64,000 nucleotides of DNA. Source: Paragordius varius. Taxonomy: Eukaryota; Animalia; Nematomorpha. The stretch lies in contig OZ176052.1 of assembly GCA_964247055.1 (NCBI GenBank), positions 13,950,001 through 14,014,000 on the forward strand, in the 5' to 3' direction. Positions 51,901-64,000 of this stretch are shown here, one piece after another (within the stretch, counting starts at the first letter, position 1; each line of letters starts with the position of its first letter). Position numbers and translations under genes: made by a program. The notes under the pieces were generated by a model, which saw only the letters and a list, made by a program, of their open reading frames with translations, made no database searches and had not been told where the DNA came from.

Positions 51901-54900
51901 TTTTAAATATTTAAAAAATTCATAAAAATTACATTTATAGTCCGATCCCCAAAATATTTGGGGTGATGATGGAACAACCATAGGGCTACGCAAAAAAAAT
52001 TATGGCGACATCACCTGATCAAATTTGGATTTTAGGTAGCCATTTTTATTTTTAAAATCGTATAAAATAAATTTTTTAAATATTTAAAAAATTCATAAAA
52101 ATTACATTTATACTCCGATCTCGACAATATTTGGGGTGATGATGGAACTACCATAGGGCTACCCAAAAAAAATTATAGTGACATCACCTGATCAAATTTG
52201 GATTTTAGGTAGCCATTTTTATTTTTAAAATCGTATAAAATAAATTTTTTAAATATTTAAAAAATTCATAAAAATTACATTTATAGTCCGATCCCCAAAA
52301 TATTTGGGGTGATGATGGAACAACCATAGGGCTACGCAAAAAAAATTATGGCGACATCACCTGATCAAATTTGGATTTTAGGTAGCCATTTTTATTTTTA
52401 AAATCGTATAACATTTATACTCCGATCTCGACAATATTTGGGGTGATGATGGAACTACCATAGGGCTACCCAAAAAAAATTATAGTGACATCACCTGATC
52501 AAATTTGGATTTTAGGTAGCCATTTTTATTTTTAAAATCGTATAAAATAAATTTTTTAAATATTTAAAAAATTCATAAAAATTACATTTATAGTCCGATC
52601 CCCAAAATATTTGGGGTGATGATGGAACAACCATAGGGCTACGCAAAATAAATTATGGCGACATCACCTGATCAAATTTGGATTTTAGGTAGCCATTTTT
52701 ATTATTAAAATCGTATAAAATAAATTTTTTAAATGTTTAAAAAATTCATAAAAATTACATTTTTAGTCCGATCCCCAAAATATTTGGGGTGATGATGGAA
52801 TTACCATAGAGCTACCCAAAAAAAATTATGGTGACATCACCTGATCAAATTTGGATTTTAGGTAGCCATTTTTATTTTTAATATCGTATAAAATAAATTT
52901 TTTAAATATTTAAAAATTCATAAAAATTACATTTATACTCCGATCTCGACAATATTTGGGGTGATGATGGAACTACCATAGGGCTACCCAAAAAAAATTA
53001 TAGTGACATCACCTGATCAAATTTGGATTTTAGGTAGCCATTTTTATTTTTAAAATCGTATAAAATAAATTTTTTAAATATTTAAAAAATTCATAAAAAT
53101 TACATTTATAGTCCGATCTCGAAAATATTTGGGGTGATGATGGAACTACCATAGGGCTACCCAATATAAATTATAGTGACATCACCTGATCAAATTTAGA
53201 TTTTAGGTAGCCATTTTTATTTTTAAAATCGTATAAAATAAATTTTTTAAATATTTAAAAAATTCAAAAAAATTGCATTTATACTCCGATCTCGAAAATA
53301 TTTGGGGTGATGATGGAACTAGCATAGGGCTACCCAAAAAAAATTATGGCGACATCACCTGATCAAATTTGGATTTTAGGTAGCCATTTTTATTTTTAAA
53401 ATCGTATAAAATAAATTTTTAAATATTTAAAAAATTCATAAAAATTACATTTATACTCCGATCTCGAAAATATTTGGGGTGATGATGGAACTACCATAGG
53501 GCTACCCAAAAAAAATTATGGCGACATCACCTGATCAAATTTGGATTTTAGGTAGCCATTTTTATTTTTAAAATCGTATAAAATAAATTTTTTAAATATT
53601 TAAAAAATTCATAAAAATTACATTTATAGTCCGATCCCCAAAATATTTGGGGTGATGATGGAACAACCATAGGGCTACGCAAAATAAATTATGGCGACAT
53701 CACCTGATCAAATTTGGATTTTAGGTAGCCATTTTTATTTTTAAAATCGTATAAAATAAATTTTTTAAATGTTTAAAAAATTCATAAAAATTACATTTTT
53801 AGTCCGATCCCCAAAATATTTGGGGTGATGATGGAATTACCATAGAGCTACCCAAAAAAAATTATGGTGACATCACCTGATCAAATTTGGATTTTAGGTA
53901 GCCATTTTTATTTTTAATATCGTATAAAATAAATTTTTTAAATATTTAAAAATTCATAAAAATTACATTTATACTCCGATCTCGACAATATTTGGGGTGA
54001 TGATGGAACTACCATAGGGCTACCCAAAAAAAATTATAGTGACATCACCTGATCAAATTTGGATTTTAGGTAGCCATTTTTATTTTTAAAATCGTATAAA
54101 ATAAATTTTTTAAATATTTAAAAAATTCATAAAAATTACATTTATAGTCCGATCTCGAAAATATTTGGGGTGATGATGGAACTACCATAGGGCTACCCAA
54201 TATAAATTATAGTGACATCACCTGATCAAATTTAGATTTTAGGTAGCCATTTTTATTTTTAAAATCGTATAAAATAAATTTTTTAAATATTTAAAAAATT
54301 CAAAAAAATTACATTTATACTCCGATCTCGAAAATATTTGGGGTGATGATGGAACTAGCATAGGGCTACCCAAAAAAAATTATGGCGACATCACCTGATC
54401 AAATTTGGATTTTAGGTAGCCATTTTTATTTTTAAAATCGTATAAAATAAATTTTTAAATATTTAAAAAATTCATAAAAATTACATTTATACTCCGATCT
54501 CGAAAATATTTGGGGTGATGATGGAACTACCATAGGGCTACCCAAAAAAATTTATGGCGACATCACCTGATCAAATTTGGATTTTAGGTAGCCATTTTTA
54601 TTTTTAAAATCGTATAAAATAAATTTTTTAAATGTTTAAAAAATTCATAAAAATTACATTTTTAGTCCGATCCCCAAAATATTTGGGGTGATGATGGAAC
54701 TACCATAGGGCTACCCAAAAAAAATTATAGTGACATCACCTGATCAAATTTGGATTTTAGGTAGCCACTTTTATTTTTAAAATCGTATAAAATAAATTTT
54801 TTAAATATTTAAATAATTCATAAAAATTACATTTATAGTCCGATCCCCAAAATATTTGGGGTGATGATGGAACAACCATAGGGCTACGCAAAAAAAATTA

Positions 54901-57900
54901 TGGCGACATCACCTGATCAAATTTGGATTTTAGGTAGCCATTTTTATTTTTAAAATCGTATAAAATAAATTTTTTAAATATTTAAAAAATTCATAAAAAT
55001 TACATTTATAGTCCGATCCCCAAAATATTTGGGGTGATGATGGAACAACCATAGGGCTACGCAAAATAAATTATGGCGACATCACCTGATCAAATTTGGA
55101 TTTTAGGTAGCCATTTTTATTTTTAAAATCGTATAAAATAAATTTTTTAAATATTTAAAAAATTCAAAAAAATTACATTTATACTCCGATCTCGAAAATA
55201 TTTGGGGTGATGATGGAACTACCATAGGGCTACCCAAAAAAAATTATGGCGACGTCACCTGATCAAATTTGAATTTTAGGTAGCCATTTTTATTTTTAAA
55301 ATCGTATAAAATAAATTTTTTAAATGTTTAAAAAATTCATAAAAATTACATTTTTAGTCCGATCCCCAAAATATTTGGGGTGATGATGGAATTACCATAG
55401 GGCTACCCAAAAAAAATTATGGTGACATCACCTGATCAAATTTGGATTTTAGGTAGCCATTTTTATTTTTAATATCGTATAAAATAAATTTTTTAAATAT
55501 TTAAAAATTCATAAAAATTACATTTATACTCCGATCTCGAAAATATTTGGGGTGATGATGGAACAACCATAGGGCTACGCAAAATAAATTATGGCGACAT
55601 AACCTGATCAAATTTGGATTTTAGGTAGCCATTTTTATTTTTAAAATCGTATAAAATAAATTTTTTAAATATTTAAAAAATTCAAAAAAATTACATTTAT
55701 ACTCCGATCTCGAAAATATTTGGGGTGATGATGGAACTACCATAGGGCTACCCAAAAAAAATTATGGCGACATCACCTGATCAAATTTGGATTTTAGGTA
55801 GCCATTTTTATTTTAAAATCGTATTAAATAAATTTTTTAAATGTTTAAAAAATTCATAAAAATTACATTTTTAGTCCGATCCCCAAAATATTTGGGGTGA
55901 TGATGGAATAACCATAGGGCTACCCAAAAAAAATTATGGTGACATCACCTGATCGAATTTGGATTTTAGGTAGCCATTTTTATTTTTAATATCGTATAAA
56001 ATAAATTTTTTAAATATTTAAAAAATTCATAAAAATTACATTTATAGTCCGATCCCCAAAATATTTGGGGTGATGATGGAACAACCATAGGGCTACGCAA
56101 AAACAATTATGGCGACATCACCTGATCAAATTTGGATTTTAGGTAGCCATTTTTATTTTTAAAATCGTATAAAATAAATTTTTTAAATATTTAAATAATT
56201 CATAAAAATTACATTTATAGTCCGATCTCGACAATATTTGGGGTGATGATGGAACTACCATAGGGCTACCCAAAAAAAATTATGGCGACATCACCTGATC
56301 AAATTTGGATTTTAGGTAGCCATTTTTATTTTTAAAATCGTATAAAATAAATTTTTTAAATATTTAAAAAATTCATAAAAATTACATTTATACTCCGATC
56401 TCGACAATATTTGGGGTGATGATGGAACTACCATAGGGCTACCCAAAAAAAATTATAGTGACATCACCTGATCAAATTTGGATTTTAGGTAGCCATTTTT
56501 ATTTTTAAAATCGTATAAAATAAATTTTTTAAATATTTAAAAAATTCATAAAAATTACATTTATAGTCCGATCCCCAAAATATTTGGGGTGATGATGGAA
56601 CAACCATAGGGCTACGCAAAAACAATTATGGCGACATCACCTGATCAAATTTGGATTTTAGGTAGCCATTTTTATTTTTAAAATCGTATAAAATAAATTT
56701 TTTAAATATTTAAAAAATTCATAAAAATTACATTTATACTCCGATCTCGACAATATTTGGGGTGATGATGGAACTACCATAGGGCTACCCAAAAAAAATT
56801 ATGGCGACATCACCTGATCAAATTTGGATTTTAGGTAGCCATTTTTATTTTTAAAATCGTATAAAATAAATTTTTTAAATATTTAAAAAATTCATAAAAA
56901 TTACATTTATAGTCCGATCCCCAAAATATTTGGGGTGATGATGGAACAACCATAGGGCTACGCAAAATAAATTATGGCGACATCACCTGATCAAATTTGG
57001 ATTTTAGGTAGCCATTTTTATTTTTAAAATCGTATAAAATAAATTTTTTAAATATTTAAAAAATTCAAAAAAATTACATTTATACTCCGATCTCGAAAAT
57101 ATTTGGGGTGATGATGGAACTACCATAGGGCTACCCAAAAAAAATTATGGCGACATCACCTGATCAAATTTGGATTTTAGGTAGCCATTTTTATTTTTAA
57201 AATCGTATAAAATAAATTTTTTAAATGTTTAAAAAATTCATAAAAATTACATTTTTAGTCCGATCCCCAAAATATTTGGGGTGATGATGGAACTACCATA
57301 GGGCTACCCAAAAAAAATTATAGTGACATCACCTGATCAAATTTGGATTTTAGGTAGCCATTTTTATTTTTAAAATCGTATAAAATAAATTTTTTAAATA
57401 TTTAAAAAATTCATAAAAATTACATTTATAGTCCGATCCCCAAAATATTTGGGGTGATGATGGAACAACCATAGGGCTACGCAAAAAAAATTATGGCGAC
57501 ATCACCTGATCAAATTTGGATTTTAGGTAGCCATTTTTATTTTTAAAATCGTATAAAATAAATTTTTTAAATATTTAAAAAATTCATAAAAATTACATTT
57601 ATACTCCGATCTCGACAATATTTGGGGTGATGATGGAACTACCATAGGGCTACCCAAAAAAAATTATAGTGACATCACCTGATCAAATTTGGATTTTAGG
57701 TAGCCATTTTTATTTTTAAAATCGTATAAAATAAATTTTTTAAATATTTAAAAAATTCATAAAAATTACATTTATAGTCCGATCCCCAAAATATTTGGGG
57801 TGATGATGGAACAACCATAGGGCTACGCAAAAAAAATTATGGCGACATCACCTGATCAAATTTGGATTTTAGGTAGCCATTTTTATTTTTAAAATCGTAT

Positions 57901-60900
57901 AACATTTATACTCCGATCTCGACAATATTTGGGGTGATGATGGAACTACCATAGGGCTACCCAAAAAAAATTATAGTGACATCACCTGATCAAATTTGGA
58001 TTTTAGGTAGCCATTTTTATTTTTAAAATCGTATAAAATAAATTTTTTAAATATTTAAAAAATTCATAAAAATTACATTTATAGTCCGATCCCCAAAATA
58101 TTTGGGGTGATGATGGAACAACCATAGGGCTACGCAAAATAAATTATGGCGACATCACCTGATCAAATTTGGATTTTAGGTAGCCATTTTTATTATTAAA
58201 ATCGTATAAAATAAATTTTTTAAATGTTTAAAAAATTCATAAAAATTACATTTTTAGTCCGATCCCCAAAATATTTGGGGTGATGATGGAATTACCATAG
58301 AGCTACCCAAAAAAAATTATGGTGACATCACCTGATCAAATTTGGATTTTAGGTAGCCATTTTTATTTTTAATATCGTATAAAATAAATTTTTTAAATAT
58401 TTAAAAATTCATAAAAATTACATTTTAACTCCGATCTCGACAATATTTGGGGTGATGATGGAACTACCATAGGGCTACCCAAAAAAAATTATAGTGACAT
58501 CACCTGATCAAATTTGGATTTTAGGTAGCCATTTTTATTTTTAAAATCGTATAAAATAAATTTTTTAAATATTTAAAAAATTCATAAAAATTACATTTAT
58601 AGTCCGATCTCGAAAATATTTGGGGTGATGATGGAACTACCATAGGGCTACCCAATATAAATTATAGTGACATCACCTGATCAAATTTAGATTTTAGGTA
58701 GCCATTTTTATTTTTAAAATCGTATAAAATAAATTTTTTAAATATTTAAAAAATTCAAAAAAATTGCATTTATACTCCGATCTCGAAAATATTTGGGGTG
58801 ATGATGGAACTAGCATAGGGCTACCCAAAAAAAATTATGGCGACATCACCTGATCAAATTTGGATTTTAGGTAGCCATTTTTATTTTTAAAATCGTATAA
58901 AATAAATTTTTAAATATTTAAAAAATTCATAAAAATTACATTTATACTCCGATCTCGAAAATATTTGGGGTGATGATGGAACTACCATAGGGCTACCCAA
59001 AAAAAATTATGGCGACATCACCTGATCAAATTTGGATTTTAGGTAGCCATTTTTATTTTTAAAATCGTATAAAATAAATTTTTTAAATATTTAAAAAATT
59101 CATAAAAATTACATTTATAGTCCGATCCCCAAAATATTTGGGGTGATGATGGAACAACCATAGGGCTACGCAAAATAAATTATGGCGACATCACCTGATC
59201 AAATTTGGATTTTAGGTAGCCATTTTTATTTTTAAAATCGTATAAAATAAATTTTTTAAATGTTTAAAAAATTCATAAAAATTACATTTTTAGTCCGATC
59301 CCCAAAATATTTGGGGTGATGATGGAATTACCATAGAGCTACCCAAAAAAAATTATGGTGACATCACCTGATCAAATTTGGATTTTAGGTAGCCATTTTT
59401 ATTTTAAAATCGTATAAAATAAATTTTTTAAATGTTTAAAAAATTCATAAAAATTACATTTTTAGTCCGATCCCCAAAATATTTGGGGTGATGATGGAAT
59501 AACCATAGGGCTACCCAAAAAAAATTATGGTGACATCACCTGATCGAATTTGGATTTTAGGTAGCCATTTTTATTTTTAATATCGTATAAAATAAATTTT
59601 TTAAATATTTAAAAAATTCATAAAAATTACATTTATAGTCCGATCCCCAAAATATTTGGGGTGATGATGGAACAACCATAGGGCTACGCAAAATAAATTA
59701 TGGCGACATCACCTGATCAAATTTGGATTTTAGGTAGCCATTTTTATTTTTAAAATCGTATAAAATAAATTTTTTAAATGTTTAAAAAATTCATAAAAAT
59801 TACATTTTTAGTCCGATCCCCAAAATATTTGGGGTGATGATGGAATTACCATAGAGCTACCCAAAAAAAATTATGGTGACATCACCTGATCAAATTTGGA
59901 TTTTAGGTAGCCATTTTTATTTTTAATATCGTATAAAATAAATTTTTTAAATATTTAAAAATTCATAAAAATTACATTTATACTCCGATCTCGACAATAT
60001 TTGGGGTGATGATGGAACTACCATAGGGCTACCCAAAAAAAATTATAGTGACATCACCTGATCAAATTTGGATTTTAGGTAGCCATTTTTATTTTTAAAA
60101 TCGTATAAAATAAATTTTTTAAATATTTAAAAAATTCATAAAAATTACATTTATAGTCCGATCTCGAAAATATTTGGGGTGATGATGGAACTACCATAGG
60201 GCTACCCAATATAAATTATAGTGACATCACCTGATCAAATTTAGATTTTAGGTAGCCATTTTTATTTTTAAAATCGTATAAAATAAATTTTTTAAATATT
60301 TAAAAAATTCAAAAAAATTACATTTATACTCCGATCTCGAAAATATTTGGGGTGATGATGGAACTAGCATAGGGCTACCCAAAAAAAATTATGGCGACAT
60401 CACCTGATCAAATTTGGATTTTAGGTAGCCATTTTTATTTTTAAAATCGTATAAAATAAATTTTTAAATATTTAAAAAATTCATAAAAATTACATTTATA
60501 CTCCGATCTCGAAAATATTTGGGGTGATGATGGAACTACCATAGGGCTACCCAAAAAAATTTATGGCGACATCACCTGATCAAATTTGGATTTTAGGTAG
60601 CCATTTTTATTTTTAATATCGTATAAAATAAATTTTTTAAATATTTAAAAATTCATAAAAATTACATTTATACTCCGATCTCGACAATATTTGGGGTGAT
60701 GATGGAACTACCATAGGGCTACCCAAAAAAAATTATAGTGACATCACCTGATCAAATTTGGATTTTAGGTAGCCATTTTTATTTTTAAAATCGTATAAAA
60801 TAAATTTTTTAAATATTTAAAAAATTCATAAAAATTACATTTATAGTCCGATCTCGAAAATATTTGGGGTGATGATGGAACTACCATAGGGCTACCCAAT

Positions 60901-63900
60901 ATAAATTATAGTGACATCACCTGATCAAATTTAGATTTTAGGTAGCCATTTTTATTTTTAAAATCGTATAAAATAAATTTTTTAAATATTTAAAAAATTC
61001 AAAAAAATTGCATTTATACTCCGATCTCGAAAATATTTGGGGTGATGATGGAACTAGCATAGGGCTACCCAAAAAAAATTATGGCGACATCACCTGATCA
61101 AATTTGGATTTTAGGTAGCCATTTTTATTTTTAAAATCGTATAAAATAAATTTTTAAATATTTAAAAAATTCATAAAAATTACATTTATACTCCGATCTC
61201 GAAAATATTTGGGGTGATGATGGAACTACCATAGGGCTACCCAAAAAAAATTATGGCGACATCACCTGATCAAATTTGGATTTTAGGTAGCCATTTTTAT
61301 TTTTAAAATCGTATAAAATAAATTTTTTAAATATTTAAAAAATTCATAAAAATTACATTTATAGTCCGATCCCCAAAATATTTGGGGTGATGATGGAACA
61401 ACCATAGGGCTACGCAAAATAAATTATGGCGACATCACCTGATCAAATTTGGATTTTAGGTAGCCATTTTTATTTTTAAAATCGTATAAAATAAATTTTT
61501 TAAATGTTTAAAAAATTCATAAAAATTACATTTTTAGTCCGATCCCCAAAATATTTGGGGTGATGATGGAATTACCATAGAGCTACCCAAAAAAAATTAT
61601 GGTGACATCACCTGATCAAATTTGGATTTTAGGTAGCCATTTTTATTTTTAATATCGTATAAAATAAATTTTTTAAATATTTAAAAATTCATAAAAATTA
61701 CATTTATACTCCGATCTCGACAATATTTGGGGTGATGATGGAACTACCATAGGGCTACCCAAAAAAAATTATAGTGACATCACCTGATCAAATTTGGATT
61801 TTAGGTAGCCATTTTTATTTTTAAAATCGTATAAAATAAATTTTTTAAATATTTAAAAAATTCATAAAAATTACATTTATAGTCCGATCTCGAAAATATT
61901 TGGGGTGATGATGGAACTACCATAGGGCTACCCAATATAAATTATAGTGACATCACCTGATCAAATTTAGATTTTAGGTAGCCATTTTTATTTTTAAAAT
62001 CGTATAAAATAAATTTTTTAAATATTTAAAAAATTCAAAAAAATTACATTTATACTCCGATCTCGAAAATATTTGGGGTGATGATGGAACTAGCATAGGG
62101 CTACCCAAAAAAAATTATGGCGACATCACCTGATCAAATTTGGATTTTAGGTAGCCATTTTTATTTTTAAAATCGTATAAAATAAATTTTTAAATATTTA
62201 AAAAATTCATAAAAATTACATTTATACTCCGATCTCGAAAATATTTGGGGTGATGATGGAACTACCATAGGGCTACCCAAAAAAATTTATGGCGACATCA
62301 CCTGATCAAATTTGGATTTTAGGTAGCCATTTTTATTTTTAAAATCGTATAAAATAAATTTTTTAAATGTTTAAAAAATTCATAAAAATTACATTTTTAG
62401 TCCGATCCCCAAAATATTTGGGGTGATGATGGAACTACCATAGGGCTACCCAAAAAAAATTATAGTGACATCACCTGATCAAATTTGGATTTTAGGTAGC
62501 CACTTTTATTTTTAAAATCGTATAAAATAAATTTTTTAAATATTTAAATAATTCATAAAAATTACATTTATAGTCCGATCCCCAAAATATTTGGGGTGAT
62601 GATGGAACAACCATAGGGCTACGCAAAAAAAATTATGGCGACATCACCTGATCAAATTTGGATTTTAGGTAGCCATTTTTATTTTTAAAATCGTATAAAA
62701 TAAATTTTTTAAATATTTAAAAAATTCATAAAAATTACATTTATAGTCCGATCCCCAAAATATTTGGGGTGATGATGGAACAACCATAGGGCTACGCAAA
62801 ATAAATTATGGCGACATCACCTGATCAAATTTGGATTTTAGGTAGCCATTTTTATTTTTAAAATCGTATAAAATAAATTTTTTAAATATTTAAAAAATTC
62901 AAAAAAATTACATTTATACTCCGATCTCGAAAATATTTGGGGTGATGATGGAACTACCATAGGGCTACCCAAAAAAAATTATGGCGACGTCACCTGATCA
63001 AATTTGATTTTTAGGTAGCCATTTTTATTTTTAAAATCGTATAAAATAAATTTTTTAAATGTTTAAAAAATTCATAAAAATTACATTTTTAGTCCGATCC
63101 CCAAAATATTTGGGGTGATGATGGAATTACCATAGGGCTACCCAAAAAAAATTATGGTGACATCACCTGATCAAATTTGGATTTTAGGTAGCCATTTTTA
63201 TTTTTAATATCGTATAAAATAAATTTTTTAAATATTTAAAAATTCATAAAAATTACATTTATACTCCGATCTCGAAAATATTTGGGGTGATGATGGAACA
63301 ACCATAGGGCTACGCAAAATAAATTATGGCGACATAACCTGATCAAATTTGGATTTTAGGTAGCCATTTTTATTTTTAAAATCGTATAAAATAAATTTTT
63401 TAAATATTTAAAAAATTCAAAAAAATTACATTTATACTCCGATCTCGAAAATATTTGGGGTGATGATGGAACTACCATAGGGCTACCCAAAAAAAATTAT
63501 GGCGACATCACCTGATCAAATTTGGATTTTAGGTAGCCATTTTTATTTTAAAATCGTATAAAATAAATTTTTTAAATGTTTAAAAAATTCATAAAAATTA
63601 CATTTTTAGTCCGATCCCCAAAATATTTGGGGTGATGATGGAATAACCATAGGGCTACCCAAAAAAAATTATGGTGACATCACCTGATCGAATTTGGATT
63701 TTAGGTAGCCATTTTTATTTTTAATATCGTATAAAATAAATTTTTTAAATATTTAAAAATTCATAAAAATTACATTTATACTCCGATCTCGAAAATATTT
63801 GGGGTGATGATGGAACTACCATAGGGCTACCCAAAAAAAATTATAGTGACATCACCTGATCAAATTTGGATTTTAGGTAGCCATTTTTATTTTTAAAATC

Positions 63901-64000
63901 GTATAAAATAAATTTTTTAAATATTTAAAAAATTCATAAAAATTACATTTATACTCCGATCTCGACAATATTTGGGGTGATGATGGAACTACCATAGGGC

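Larger units (their letters stand above)
30618..64000. repeat. Satellite DNA array (right arm), same 173-bp monomer and orientation, about 193 copies, runs off the window end
   Basis: Resumes in register at ggtag|ccattttt directly after the 3' LTR. No inversion seen by eye. Confidence 0.99.

Noticed and set aside
1-64000. CRISPR array interpretation of the regular repeats
   Set aside because: Units are contiguous near-identical 173-mers with no unique spacers, and there are no cas genes.

Overview
Eukaryotic heterochromatin-type window. About 93% is one head-to-tail AT-rich satellite with a 173-bp consensus monomer (45/173 = 26% GC by my count; roughly 150 monomers at 1-25945 and 193 at 30618-64000). 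The satellite is organised in nested higher-order repeats (HORs) and block duplications. It is interrupted once by a 4672-bp Ty3/Gypsy LTR retrotransposon of Mag-clade type (25946-30617) with TG...CA LTRs of 317 and 316 bp, a 5-bp target-site duplication (GGTAG), and gag-PR-RT-RH-IN with no env or chromodomain. The element looks young: its LTRs differ only in one short patch. It has a single +1 frameshift inside RNase H and a degenerate primer-binding site. The most unusual observations are: (i) the monomer is built almost entirely from inverted repeats; (ii) several satellite variants are mirror-image or compensatory changes across those inverted repeats; (iii) the only LTR-LTR difference lies at the predicted U3/R boundary; (iv) an empty paralog of the insertion site lies 9 monomers downstream. 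The host species and centromeric status cannot be determined from the sequence. All counts and spacings were read by hand.
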